Shown: positions 36,167 through 46,823 of the stretch, piece by piece
Numbering within the stretch: the first letter of the stretch is position 1
How the letters are laid out: each line of letters begins with the position of its first letter
Origin: Treponema sp.
Lineage (GTDB): Bacteria; Spirochaetota; Spirochaetia; Treponematales; Treponemataceae
Direction of reading: 5' to 3'
Assembly: GCA_024402635.1 (NCBI GenBank)
Contig: JAKSTJ010000007.1
Location: 7,188-71,187, forward strand
DNA: 64,000 bases
Made by a program: the position numbers and the translations under genes
The notes under the pieces: model-generated
What the model saw: the letters and a program-made list of their open reading frames with translations, nothing else
Databases searched by the model: none
What the model was told of the DNA's origin: nothing

Positions 36167-38034
36167 TTTACAAGACTTCGACCAATTCTTAAACCATAAT
36201 TTTCGCCTTTAGATTTGGCTTCCATTCGTTCACCACGGTAACCGGAAGAAGCTTTTATGGCCATTCCCCAATCTGTCTGGAAATTACTACCTTTCCTTAT
36301 TCTATAAGTACCAGTTTCTGGTCCCATAGGATTTACAACAAGTCCATTGTCATTCTGGTAAAGATAATCAGCATCGGAAGGATTTTCAATATAATAATCC
36401 CAAACCCATTCCCAAAGATTTCCAGCCATATCATAAATACCAAGACTATTTGGTTTTAATAAACCTGCTTCATGAGGTATTCCATCGGAATTGTTTTTTA
36501 ACCATGCATATTCCAATGTTGCATCATCTGCAAGAATACTCCAGTTATCTAAAGTTGTTGTTTTAGAAGAAATCTTATATTCATACCCATAATTTCCTAA
36601 ATCCATTTCATCACCTTCTTCCTTGCTGTAAGTCAAAGGTTTTAATGAATTAACTCCTGGATATGCATAATTAAATTCTTCTCGAGATGTATCACCGCCT
36701 CTTGCAGCAAATTCCCATTCAGCTTCAGTAAGAAGTCTGTATCCGGATTTTGTAATGTTACATTGTGCTGCTTCCCATACAAGATCTTTAGTAACAGGAA
36801 TATCGTCTATTGTTAATGTTTCCCAATCCACATTCTCTACATAATAAACAAGATCATCTGCAGTTCCACCAGTTAATAAAGTCAATTTATTGCAGAAGGC
36901 AATTGAAATATACCAGCTAATTCCTCCAGCAGGTACATAATCCGAATTTTCATTTTGATAAACTGCACTAGAATATTTAAATGATTCTTCACCAAATACT
37001 TCTTTGAAAAGTTCTCTTGTTACCATAAATTTACTTACAGCATATGGCGAAAGAGAAATTTTTCTACCATCACTAAATGCACCCTTAAAGTCGTAATGAT
37101 CATCTTTCCAGATATAAGAAGACCATACCTCATCAGAACCATTAATTACATAAGAGCTTACTGGTGAAACAACACAAACTTCTTCAGTTTTTTCTAAAAC
37201 TTTTCCATTGATCTCTATAAATTTCTTTGAAACATCACCTGAAGAAAAATATTCGTATTCTGCCGAAATTTCCAGATCATCATGAACAGGACCAAAAGAT
37301 TCACCGGATTGATATTCTTCGCCATTGATAATCCAGTTTGTAAATTTCTTATTTCTTGGTGGAATAAATAAACAATCTGGCAATTCAAGAATATCATCGT
37401 AATTTACTTCAAAAGATTTATCACTGCCAGTACCAATTCCAGCTTTATAATTTAAGGTTCTTTTCTCAGGTGTCCATTTTGCATAAATTGTTATAGAACC
37501 ATTTTTTTCTCCAGCTGCCCAACCTGTAATTGCTTCATCTGAAAAATCTTCTGTAAGATACCAGCCTTCAAAAATATATCCTGTTTTAGTTGGTTCACTT
37601 AATGTAATGTCGTCTGTTTTCTTAAATTCTCCGACATTTTCAGAATTATCTGCTTCTTCACAATTTTTATAAATAATACTGTAAGAATCACTATCAATCC
37701 AATAAGCATATAAATACAAATCATAATAAGGCATTTTTATAGTATCGCCTGCATTATATGTTGTACCACGGCCATTGCGTCTTGTGTTCCAATAAGCAAA
37801 TTTCATATCTTTTGGAGCTTCATAAAAAATGTCTTTTATTGTGAACTGTTCTCCGCTTAAAATTTCTTCTTCAAAAAATTCGCCATCTGCTCCATTTGGA
37901 AGATAAGTTACATAAAAAAGTTGAGGTTCAGTCGAAGAATTGCCATCATGTCTTTTAACTTGATATACACATGATGTTACAAGAAAGGAAAATACAAATA
38001 ATATAATAATAGAATAAAGCTCAGTGCGTTTCAT
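36163..38034 (-). CDS. Lipoprotein with InlB B-repeats and a C-terminal FGE-sulfatase (CLec-fold) domain
   Basis: LVTSC lipobox; PTKTGYIFEGWY...IYAKW repeats; GYRLLTEAEWEFAARGG, PNSLGIYDMAGNLWEW, YGLRI. Confidence 0.85.
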   Translation of the reverse strand: MKRTELYSIIILFVFSFLVTSCVYQVKRHDGNSSTEPQLFYVTYLPNGADGEFFEEEILSGEQFTIKDIFYEAPKDMKFAYWNTRRNGRGTTYNAGDTIKMPYYDLYLYAYWIDSDSYSIIYKNCEEADNSENVGEFKKTDDITLSEPTKTGYIFEGWYLTEDFSDEAITGWAAGEKNGSITIYAKWTPEKRTLNYKAGIGTGSDKSFEVNYDDILELPDCLFIPPRNKKFTNWIINGEEYQSGESFGPVHDDLEISAEYEYFSSGDVSKKFIEINGKVLEKTEEVCVVSPVSSYVINGSDEVWSSYIWKDDHYDFKGAFSDGRKISLSPYAVSKFMVTRELFKEVFGEESFKYSSAVYQNENSDYVPAGGISWYISIAFCNKLTLLTGGTADDLVYYVENVDWETLTIDDIPVTKDLVWEAAQCNITKSGYRLLTEAEWEFAARGGDTSREEFNYAYPGVNSLKPLTYSKEEGDEMDLGNYGYEYKISSKTTTLDNWSILADDATLEYAWLKNNSDGIPHEAGLLKPNSLGIYDMAGNLWEWVWDYYIENPSDADYLYQNDNGLVVNPMGPETGTYRIRKGSNFQTDWGMAIKASSGYRGERMEAKSKGENYGLRIGRSLVN

Positions 38035-38128
38035 AAGTTTCTCCTTATGTAAAATTTTTAGCTCCCACTAAACTTTATTAACTACTTATAATATAACAGA
38101 TAGAAATCGAATTTGCAATTTTTTTAAT

Positions 38129-38635
38129 TTACATCATCCAAATATCAATTCCTTTTTCCGCAAAAAACGCTTCAGCTTCATCTATAAATCCAAGACGAAT
38201 ATAAGTTGCTGCAATAGCATTAATCATTTCCCGATTATTTTGTTCAGTCAGACATTTTTCAAATTGAATTTTTGCTTTTTCAGTTTCTTTTTGCAATAAA
38301 AAAACTTCTCCTATAGAAGTCATTGCATCATGTTTTAAACCTTCTTTATCATCATACATAACAGAGTTTTCATAAAGTTCAGTTACTTTTGTAAAAGCCT
38401 TAACTGATTCTGAATAATTTTCCGTTTCCATTAAACAGCAGCCATAACCATACCAGATTTCTGGAAATGCGGAATTTGATTCTGTTAACTTTCTAAAGGA
38501 TTCTTTTGCTTCCGAATAATTTTCGTTTATCATCTGTTCGTAAGCCTGATCATATTTTTCCTGAGGAAATTTCCCAGATTTACAGGAAGTAAAAATCATT
38601 GCTGCCATAAAAAATATAATCCATTGTTTTTTCAT
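38129..38635 (-). CDS. TPR-repeat lipoprotein
   Basis: IFTSC lipobox; WYGYGCCL...YSESVKAF; start MKKQW. Confidence 0.75.
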   Translation of the reverse strand: MKKQWIIFFMAAMIFTSCKSGKFPQEKYDQAYEQMINENYSEAKESFRKLTESNSAFPEIWYGYGCCLMETENYSESVKAFTKVTELYENSVMYDDKEGLKHDAMTSIGEVFLLQKETEKAKIQFEKCLTEQNNREMINAIAATYIRLGFIDEAEAFFAEKGIDIWMM

Positions 38636-38660
38636 TGCTTCTCCCAAAATATTGTTTTTT

Positions 38661-39158
38661 TTAAAGATCTGGGCCACCTTTCAGAGGATTCATTTTTCCA
38701 CTTATTGTTTGAACAGTTAATTTAAACATTCCACAACGTTTTAATGAATCTCTGTTCCATGGAAAATTCCTTGCTTCTTCCCATCTTGTAAGAATTTTTT
38801 CTTCCATAATTTTTTCTTTTTCAGATTCAGGAATTTCTTCCACGGTTACAGTGCCCATTACACTTTCATAACGGGTTGTAATATCATGGCAGTCATACAG
38901 ATAATCTATTTTAAGCTGATTATCCATTTCAAAAGAACATTTTCCGTTCTTTTTCAAAAGTTCATATTTTCTGCCAGCCATTGCACCATGTATAAAAAAA
39001 CAAATTGAACCAGAAGTTTCATCTGCTTCGTAAGAAAAATTTACAGGAACAATATATGGAAACTCTCCATCAGCAAATCCTAAACGTAAAACTTCACAAT
39101 GATGAATAATTTCTACAATTTTCTTAAAATCCGTTATTTCTCTGTCTTTTCGTCTCAT
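38661..39158 (-). CDS. Pyridoxamine 5'-phosphate oxidase family (NimA-like)
   Basis: MRRKDREI, PYIVPVNF, HGAMAGRK, YESVMG. Confidence 0.88.
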   Translation of the reverse strand: MRRKDREITDFKKIVEIIHHCEVLRLGFADGEFPYIVPVNFSYEADETSGSICFFIHGAMAGRKYELLKKNGKCSFEMDNQLKIDYLYDCHDITTRYESVMGTVTVEEIPESEKEKIMEEKILTRWEEARNFPWNRDSLKRCGMFKLTVQTISGKMNPLKGGPDL

Positions 39159-39175
39159 TTTTCCACCACAATTTT

Positions 39176-40525
39176 CTATAATTTTCTTAACCATTTATTA
39201 CTGCGCAATCGAATAATTCCAACAATTGCTTTGCAAACTGGTTCTGTGAGAATACAAAGATACACGCCCCAGAAAGGTAATTTCCATACTAAAACTGCCA
39301 GCCATCCTAAAGGCAATGATAAAAGCCACATGAATCCAACATCCATAAATAATGCAAAAACAGTATCACCACCAGATCGGAATACACCAACAACTGAAGT
39401 CATATTAAAAGCATCGAAAGAGAAAATCAAACCCCGCATTATAATAAACACTGTGGCCATTGCCAGAACTTCTTCTTCTACATTAAAAACAAAAGGCATT
39501 AATTTTGATAAAGGCATAATCACAAAACCTAAACAAAATGCCATTGCTGCAATAAATCCACATTGTTTTTTTGCTAGAGTTTTAGCTTCTTCGGTTTTTC
39601 CTTCACCAATTGTTTTTCCAATAATAATTGCAGTTGCATTTCCACATCCAAGACAAATTGGATAAACAAGATTAGAAATGCTGTTCATAATGTTAAATGA
39701 AGCAATTACAAGAGTTCCACTATGAGCAAAAATGGAAGATTGCATGGAAATTCCACATCCCCAGAGCAATTCATTGGCAAGAACCGGCAAAGATATTTTT
39801 GCATAATGAGCAAGAAAAGCCTTATCTTTTACAATATAATCTTTAATTCTTGCGGCAGTAACGTATTTTCGTAAATATGAACCACCAACAACAATAACTG
39901 CTTCTACAATTCTTGAAATTACTGTTGCGACTGCTGCTCCAATAATTCCATAAGCTTTTATAATCTGAACTCCACCAATATTTACACCAAAAATAAACAG
40001 ATAATTAAGCAAAGCATTTAAGAAAACAGAAGTAATTGTTGCAACTGCAGGAAGTTTTAAATGTTCAGTATTACGGGCCGAAACAGCAAAAGAAACGTTT
40101 AAGCCAAAGAAAATATAACTTGGAGCAACAACTCGTAAATATTCAGCACCACGTTTTATAACTTCTTCATCATTTGAATAAATAGAAAGACAAAATTCTG
40201 GAAAAGCCATGCTTACAAAAGCAAACAAAAGAGTAAATCCTAAAGAAAGCTGAAGCATCATTCCTGTAGTTTTATGAATTTTATCTATATCTTTTTTACC
40301 CCAGTACTGAGCAATAAAAATCTGACCACCAGAAGCAATTCCAAAAACTCCTAGACTCATAATAAAAAACAGCTGATTTCCAAGTCCTACTGCTGCAATA
40401 TCAACAGCACCAAGCTGACCAACCATAATTGTATCCAGCATATTTACAAAAGAAGAAAGAAAATCCTGTAAAATGATTGGAAAAGCTATTAAAAATAAAT
40501 TTTTTATAAATGATTTTGATTTCAT
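39176..40525 (-). CDS. MATE efflux transporter
   Basis: DTIMVGQLG, AQYWG, FRSGGD. Confidence 0.92.
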   Translation of the reverse strand: MKSKSFIKNLFLIAFPIILQDFLSSFVNMLDTIMVGQLGAVDIAAVGLGNQLFFIMSLGVFGIASGGQIFIAQYWGKKDIDKIHKTTGMMLQLSLGFTLLFAFVSMAFPEFCLSIYSNDEEVIKRGAEYLRVVAPSYIFFGLNVSFAVSARNTEHLKLPAVATITSVFLNALLNYLFIFGVNIGGVQIIKAYGIIGAAVATVISRIVEAVIVVGGSYLRKYVTAARIKDYIVKDKAFLAHYAKISLPVLANELLWGCGISMQSSIFAHSGTLVIASFNIMNSISNLVYPICLGCGNATAIIIGKTIGEGKTEEAKTLAKKQCGFIAAMAFCLGFVIMPLSKLMPFVFNVEEEVLAMATVFIIMRGLIFSFDAFNMTSVVGVFRSGGDTVFALFMDVGFMWLLSLPLGWLAVLVWKLPFWGVYLCILTEPVCKAIVGIIRLRSNKWLRKL

Positions 40526-40618
40526 ATTTTTTCCTGAATGCTTTTATACTTTATTCTCTAATGACTTTATATTCAAGAATAAATATGATTTAGATAAAAA
40601 AGATACTCGGGCAGCAAT

Positions 40619-40669
40619 AAAAAAAGGTTGTCTGAATTGAAGTTTATTTCAAATACAGGCAACCTTTTT
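40619..40669 (-). terminator. Terminator hairpin
   Basis: AAAAAGGTTGTCTG...CAGGCAACCTTTTT downstream of the symporter gene. Confidence 0.6.
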
Positions 40670-40689
40670 ACAAGAAAATAAGTTTTTAT

Positions 40690-41925
40690 TTATTCAGCAG
40701 TTTTTTCTTCAGTAACCAGATTCTTTAAATCTTTATTTGTCATTGCACAAACACAAGAGTCACTGTAAATATTTACAGCTGTTTCAATCATATCGATTAC
40801 TGCATAAATTGGAAGGATAATTCCCATAACACCAATTGGCATTCCTTTTCCAGCCATTAAAGAAAGTGTAAGGAAGAAACATCCCATTGGAACACCTGCG
40901 TTTCCAATAGCACTGATTACAGAAATTAAAATCCATGCAATTACAGTAAAGAGATTTAAATCAACACCACCGTTTTTCATTACAAAAAGTGATGTTACAA
41001 GAATAAATGCTGCACAACCGTTCATGTTGATTGTTGTACACATTGGAAGAATAAAGCGTGAGAATTTTTTATCACATTTTACACGATTTTCAACACAATC
41101 CATTGTTACTGGTAAAGTTGCTGCAGAAGATTTTGTGAATAAAGCAGTAAGAATTGCAGGAATCATATTTTTGAAATGCTTAAATGGATTAATTCCGCGA
41201 ATCAAGAGGAAAAGTGAAAGTACAATAAAGAACTGAATCAAGTTTCCGCTTAAAACTACAGCTGTGTATTTTCCGATTGATTCCATTGCAATATGAGCAC
41301 TCATTTCTTTAATAAGCTGTTCTGTAAATGCAATAATACCAATTGGAAGAATTGCAATAATCCATCCGATTACTTTGAAAACGATTTCCTGAAAACCATT
41401 GATTACATTAAGAATTGCAGTTTTCTTTTCAGATTCCTTCATTCTTGAAATTGCAAAACCAAATGCAAAAGAAACAATTAATATAGAAAGAACATTTCCA
41501 GAAACAAATGGACTTAAAATATTATCAGGAATTGCATTAATAAAATAATCAAGGAATGAAGATGAATTCATTTTTGCTAATTCTTCAGCAGCAACTCCTT
41601 CATAAGCCGAAGCTGAAAGAACTTCTGGATTAATAACAAAGAACAAAATTGCAGCAATTGTTGAAGCAGCAAGAGTTGTTAAAAGAGTATACATAATTGT
41701 TCTTCTGAAGATTTTTCCAGTTTCTTTATTTCCACCAAGCATTGCAAGAGTTGTAAGAACAGAAACTGCAATTGCAGGAACAGCTGTAAATTTAAAAAGT
41801 CTTGTAAAAACTGTAGCAACAAAATCACAAATTTGATCAATTACAGCAATATGCAAAGAACCTAAAATGGCACCAATAATAAGAGCACCAACCCAGAAAA
41901 TTACTTGTTTTATCTGTTTAGTCAT
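40690..41925 (-). CDS. Dicarboxylate/amino acid:cation symporter
   Basis: TKSSAATLP, TINMNG, GNAGVP, ETAVN. Confidence 0.92.
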   Translation of the reverse strand: MTKQIKQVIFWVGALIIGAILGSLHIAVIDQICDFVATVFTRLFKFTAVPAIAVSVLTTLAMLGGNKETGKIFRRTIMYTLLTTLAASTIAAILFFVINPEVLSASAYEGVAAEELAKMNSSSFLDYFINAIPDNILSPFVSGNVLSILIVSFAFGFAISRMKESEKKTAILNVINGFQEIVFKVIGWIIAILPIGIIAFTEQLIKEMSAHIAMESIGKYTAVVLSGNLIQFFIVLSLFLLIRGINPFKHFKNMIPAILTALFTKSSAATLPVTMDCVENRVKCDKKFSRFILPMCTTINMNGCAAFILVTSLFVMKNGGVDLNLFTVIAWILISVISAIGNAGVPMGCFFLTLSLMAGKGMPIGVMGIILPIYAVIDMIETAVNIYSDSCVCAMTNKDLKNLVTEEKTAE

Positions 41926-42071
41926 ATTTAACCCCATACCTTTTACAATATAGGAAAAAACCTAAGAAGACAATGGGCTATAAATTTTCAATCATAAATT
42001 ATATAAATATGATTACATTCTTTTTCTTACAATTGTAAAATTAATTCAGCTTTATTATATCAGGAGCAAAT

Positions 42072-43013
42072 ATGGAAACAAAATCAATCTGGGGAAAAAC
42101 CTGGTTTGTAGTAATAATGGCAACAATCTGCTGTCTGCTTTGGGGCAGTGCATTTCCATGTATTAAAATTGGATATAATCTTTTTAATATAAGTTCCGAA
42201 TCTACATCTGCTCAAATTCTTTTTGCAGGAATCCGATTTGCTATTTCCGGCGTAATGGTTATTTTTGCAGGAAGTCTTTTATTCAGACGATTTCTTTTTC
42301 CAAATTCCTTAAAATCATTTTTATATTGTCTATTATTGAGTTTGTTTCAAACTGTTGGACAATATATTTTCTTTTATATAGGACTTGCGCATACTTCCGG
42401 GAGCAACGGCGCAATTGTAGAAGCAACCAATACTTTTTTTACAATTTTATGGTCCTGCTTGATTTTTAAAACTGAAAAGATTTCTTTCTGGAAAATGGCA
42501 GGCTGCTTTATCGGTTTTGCCGGTGTCTGTTTAATTGAATTACATGGGACTAATCTTGCAGATTTTAAATTTAATCTTCTTGGTGATGGATTTGTTCTTA
42601 TTTCCTGCTTGTTTGCATCCTTTGTTCCATCATTATTGAAGGAATTTTCAAAAATTGAAACACCTTTTGTTTTAAGCGGCTATCAGTTTTTCTTTGGAGG
42701 AATAATAATGGCTGTTTTTGCAATGATTTTTGGCGGAAAAATTGGAATGCCGGAACAGAGATTTATTTCATTTAGTTTATTGGCCTATCTTGCATTTATT
42801 TCTGCCTGTGCTTATACAATCTGGTCTTTATTAATGAAAGCAAACGATGTTAGTAAAGTTGCAATTTTTGGATTTATAAATCCTGTTTTCGGATTTTTAC
42901 TTTCAGCTTTTATTCTTGGAGAAGCAAGTTCTGCATTTTCTTGGGCAGGAATAACTTCGTTATTACTTGTAAGTTTAGGAATTGTTCTGGTTTATAAAAA
43001 CAACAAATCCTGA
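42072..43013 (+). CDS. DMT/EamA transporter
   Basis: LLWGSAFP, two EamA-like repeats. Confidence 0.88.
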   Translation: METKSIWGKTWFVVIMATICCLLWGSAFPCIKIGYNLFNISSESTSAQILFAGIRFAISGVMVIFAGSLLFRRFLFPNSLKSFLYCLLLSLFQTVGQYIFFYIGLAHTSGSNGAIVEATNTFFTILWSCLIFKTEKISFWKMAGCFIGFAGVCLIELHGTNLADFKFNLLGDGFVLISCLFASFVPSLLKEFSKIETPFVLSGYQFFFGGIIMAVFAMIFGGKIGMPEQRFISFSLLAYLAFISACAYTIWSLLMKANDVSKVAIFGFINPVFGFLLSAFILGEASSAFSWAGITSLLLVSLGIVLVYKNNKS

Positions 43014-43074
43014 TTCTAAAAAAAACGGGTTTAAATAAAATTAATCTATTTAAACCCGCATTAAGATTTATTCT

Positions 43075-43447
43075 TTAGTTTTTGAAAATAGCTTCTACTT
43101 TCTTTAATTCATCCCGAATCTTAAGATGCTGAGGACATTTTTTTTCGCACATACCACAATTTTTGCAGGCATCGCTAAGTTTTCCTTCTTTTTCAACATA
43201 TTCCTTAAACATCCATTTTGCATGATCCTTAAGACAATAAACATTATGATAAGTATACATGTTAAAAATACGAGGAATATCAATTCCAGCTGTTTTCTAA
43301 AATCTTCTTTTTTAATTTCCCCAGGAAACTTTGATGAAAGAAGAATTTTATCACGAAAAGCTTTAACTCCGTTTCAGGAAGACGCATACAGCCAAAACCA
43401 ATAGCCGAAATTTTTTCACCGGTTTTACCAAATTCTCTGTAAATCAT
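43075..43447 (-). pseudogene. Aldo/keto reductase (4Fe-4S C-terminus) remnant with two internal deletions
   Basis: Three fragments in different frames: MIYREFGKTGEKISAIGFGCMRLP / RDKILLSSKFPG / GIDIPRIF...CKNCGMCEKKCPQHL. Confidence 0.85.
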
Positions 43448-43618
43448 TTTTAATTCTCCATTCGTTTTAATTTTAAATGGGGTTTATTTATAAAAATAGA
43501 AGTAATCTATATTTAATTTGAAAAAATTTATTCTGCAATGCTAAATTTTTTTTATAAACTTATGCTTTAATGAATTTTTTGACTTTTTTATAGTAGAATT
43601 ATAAATAAGGAGATTGGA

Positions 43619-45019
43619 ATGAAAAATAACGACTGGACAAAAGAAATTCCTCAAGGATCATTTATTTCTACAAAACCAACATACAAAGTTGGAGAATATT
43701 TTAATCTTTTTAAGAACGATAAAGCATGCAACATGAAATACTATTTTTTTGATCCTACAGAAAATGGATTTGAAAAAGGAAAAGCTTATCCTGTATTTGT
43801 TTTTTTGCATGGTTATACAAATGCACTGGAAGGTGAGGTTTGCATTAATTATTCAGGAGCAGAATTTTTTGCAAAAGATGATTATCAGAAAAGTTTTGGC
43901 GGCGCATATATTCTTGTTCCTCTTGCCAATGAAAAACGAAATTCAGAAGGAATAGTCATTGATTCCTGGGAAGATTCATATGTAAATCCTCTTTATAATC
44001 TGATAAATGAATTTATAAAAACTCATTGTGAACCAAATGGCGGTGTAAACAAAAAACTGCTTTGGGGAAATTCTGCCGGTGGTGCAATGGTTTACAAAAT
44101 GGCAGAAAATTTTCCTGATTTCTTCAATATTTTGATTCCAGTTGGCGCTGATGATATTCCATCGGATTCTGTAATTGACAAATGGGACAAAAATAATGTT
44201 CACCTTTTCTTTGCAATGGGAAAACGGGACGAATTTAATGATTATGAAAATGATGTTGTTCCACGTTTACCTCGTCTTGCAAAAATGAAGAACAGTTTTA
44301 TTTTTACTCCAGATTGGGTTTACAACGGCGACAAAGGAATTGCTTCAATCAACTTTGGAACAGAAATGGGACAACATTGTCTTGTAAATCCTATGGCTTG
44401 TAATCTTTTGTATGATGATGGAACCTGCATGGATAATCGTCTTCCCCGAGGACTTACCGACTGGATTAATTATGCATTAACAGATCATCCTTACATTGAA
44501 AAAACTCCTGTTCTGGAAACTGAACACCTTATTTTGCGACCTATAAAATTTACAGATCTGGAAGCAATTTACAAATGGACTGGAGACGAAAAAACTGCAA
44601 AATTCATGCTTTATTCAAAATATAAAAGTACGGCAGACGGTGTAGACTGGGTAAATTCAATGTATAAAAATCCAGATGATTTAGATTACGGTTTTGTCTG
44701 GAAAGAAACCGGAGAACTTATTGGAAGCGGCGGAATCTATCATTCTCATCATCCGGAAACTGAAGTCTGGAGTATTGGTTACAGCATCCGCAGTGATATG
44801 TGGGGAAAAGGAATTACAACTGAAGCTATGAAAAAAATTCTGGAATATGCCCGAAGCACCAGAGATGTAAAAGAAATTGCCGGAACTTTTGCTGTAGAAA
44901 ATATTGGAAGTCGTCGTGTTATGGAAAAACTTGGCATGAGTTATCTTGAAGATACTGAATATACAAAATGGGACGGTTCTGCAAGTTTTAAAGCCCAAAC
45001 TTTTTACAAAAAGTTTTAA
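43619..45019 (+). CDS. Fusion of an alpha/beta-hydrolase (predicted peptidase-like) and a RimJ/RimL GNAT
   Basis: VFLHG, GNSAGG nucleophile elbow; LETEHLILRP, IGYSI...WGKGITTEA, NIGSRRVMEKLGM. Confidence 0.8.
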   Translation: MKNNDWTKEIPQGSFISTKPTYKVGEYFNLFKNDKACNMKYYFFDPTENGFEKGKAYPVFVFLHGYTNALEGEVCINYSGAEFFAKDDYQKSFGGAYILVPLANEKRNSEGIVIDSWEDSYVNPLYNLINEFIKTHCEPNGGVNKKLLWGNSAGGAMVYKMAENFPDFFNILIPVGADDIPSDSVIDKWDKNNVHLFFAMGKRDEFNDYENDVVPRLPRLAKMKNSFIFTPDWVYNGDKGIASINFGTEMGQHCLVNPMACNLLYDDGTCMDNRLPRGLTDWINYALTDHPYIEKTPVLETEHLILRPIKFTDLEAIYKWTGDEKTAKFMLYSKYKSTADGVDWVNSMYKNPDDLDYGFVWKETGELIGSGGIYHSHHPETEVWSIGYSIRSDMWGKGITTEAMKKILEYARSTRDVKEIAGTFAVENIGSRRVMEKLGMSYLEDTEYTKWDGSASFKAQTFYKKF

Positions 45020-45027
45020 AAACTTAC

Positions 45028-45059
45028 CCAACCACTTTGTTCATAATCACACTATATAT
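45028..45059 (+). promoter_or_regulatory. Putative ECF promoter CCAACC-N16-CACTATATAT
   Basis: Boxes identical to 9308-9339. Confidence 0.7.
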
Positions 45060-45119
45060 ATGTCATTTCAAAAGAGATGATATGAATCTGAAAAAAGAGC
45101 TCAAAGTAGGAATCAGAAA

Positions 45120-46763
45120 ATGAAAAAAAGGGACGCAGACAAAAAGATTTTACAGTACAAACAGAAAATCTACGGCTTTGCTCTTAGTAAAACCAGTGAT
45201 TATGAACAGGCACAGGAACTTGCTCAGGAAATTATTTGTGAAGTTTACATTTCACTTTTAAATTCAGAAAACATAGTTAATTTTGACGGCTATGTTTACC
45301 GGATTGCCAGCAATGTTTACTCAAAGTTTGTTGCAAATTTAATTGCAGGAAGAAAAGTTTCCTGTATTGATGATAATCCTGATGCTGTTAGTATAACTGA
45401 CAAATATTTTTACGAAGACAACAAAGATGAAATTGAAATCTTAAAAAAAGAAATCAGTTATCTTTCACAAAGACAAAGATCGGTAGTATATCTTTTTTAC
45501 TATGAAAAAAAATCGGTAAATCAGATTGCAAAAGAACTGGGAATTTCTGCAAACACTGTAAAATGGCACTTGTCCGATGCCCGTCAGAGTTTAAAGGAGA
45601 CTATGATTATGAGTGAAAATGTAAAAATTGAAGAAAACCTTGCAGTTAATCCAATAAAATTTGCCTTTATGGGTTCAAGCGGAACAATCGAAAAAAAAGA
45701 CACAGAAGATTTCTTTGATACAAGATTAAAACAGAATATTGCCTGGGCCTGCTACAATGAACCAAAAAATATCAGTGAAATTGCCCGTGAAGTTGGAGTT
45801 TCTTCTGTTTATATTGCCGATGAACTTAAAGTTCTGGTAGATAACGGTTTTATTAATCAGGTAGACAATTCAAAAAATCCAAAGTATCAGGCACAGATTG
45901 TAATTTCTGATATTCGAAATGCTACTGAAAAAAATGGTCAGATTAAAAATGATAATGAAGATTTAAAAATTAAAGTGGCAAAAAAACTTTGTGAATCTTA
46001 CTATAAACCAATTTTCGAAGCTTTTGAAAAGGATGAAAATCACTGGGGAATGACTTGTCCTGACAATGATGTAAACTTTATGAAATACAGCCTTGTTTTG
46101 CTTTGCCAGAATTTTTTACAGGATGATTCTGTAAATGTAGAAATGGAAAAACTTAAAATAAAACGTCCAGATGGTGGAAATTATATTGCAAGTGCAACTG
46201 TTGCTAACGACTGGCAGGAATTAAATCCTCAGGTTTTTCCAAACTGGATTATGGGCTACATGATGAATTGGGGAGATGATTATTATTCTCTTCAGGTTAA
46301 TTGCCGTTATACAGATCGGTCAATTAATTGGAAAAATCAGGTTTGTTTTGAAGCCTTAAATAAGTTTGTAAAATCCGGCTGCAACCCAGATGCATTAAAA
46401 TTAGCTGAATATGAAAGTATCTGTAAAAATGGATATATTTATAACAATAAACTTCAGCTTGTTCAGATGCAGGGCGGAAATAAATCTCCATGGGAACAAA
46501 TTAAACCAGAAATGGAACAGTTTTCTTCTATAATTTCAGATGTTAAAGAATACGGAAAAACGGTGGATGAAGAATTCAGAAAACCATTAAAAGAAGCACA
46601 AATGCCTGAATACACCAGAAAATTCTTAATGACTTTAAATACCAGTGTAATCGGACAGATTGAAATTATTCCTTATTTAATAGAAGAAATGTTGAATAAT
46701 GGAATGTTAAAACCTCTTTCTCCAGTTCAGAAAAAGGCAGCTTTAAGTATTTTTAGCATTTAG
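45120..46763 (+). CDS. ECF sigma-70 factor with long C-terminal extension, paralog 3
   Basis: QAQELAQE, GYVYRIA, QIAKELGISANTVKWHLSDAR, second HTH (PKNISEIAREVGVSSVYIADELKVLVDNGFI). Confidence 0.85.
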   Translation: MKKRDADKKILQYKQKIYGFALSKTSDYEQAQELAQEIICEVYISLLNSENIVNFDGYVYRIASNVYSKFVANLIAGRKVSCIDDNPDAVSITDKYFYEDNKDEIEILKKEISYLSQRQRSVVYLFYYEKKSVNQIAKELGISANTVKWHLSDARQSLKETMIMSENVKIEENLAVNPIKFAFMGSSGTIEKKDTEDFFDTRLKQNIAWACYNEPKNISEIAREVGVSSVYIADELKVLVDNGFINQVDNSKNPKYQAQIVISDIRNATEKNGQIKNDNEDLKIKVAKKLCESYYKPIFEAFEKDENHWGMTCPDNDVNFMKYSLVLLCQNFLQDDSVNVEMEKLKIKRPDGGNYIASATVANDWQELNPQVFPNWIMGYMMNWGDDYYSLQVNCRYTDRSINWKNQVCFEALNKFVKSGCNPDALKLAEYESICKNGYIYNNKLQLVQMQGGNKSPWEQIKPEMEQFSSIISDVKEYGKTVDEEFRKPLKEAQMPEYTRKFLMTLNTSVIGQIEIIPYLIEEMLNNGMLKPLSPVQKKAALSIFSI

Positions 46764-46823
46764 AGGAAGTTTAATTGCCGGCATTCGTAATAATTTAATT
46801 GCGGATGCTGAGCATTTTTTTTA

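Noticed and set aside
36163-38034. Complete diversity-generating retroelement
   Set aside because: No reverse transcriptase, avd or template repeat seen in the window.
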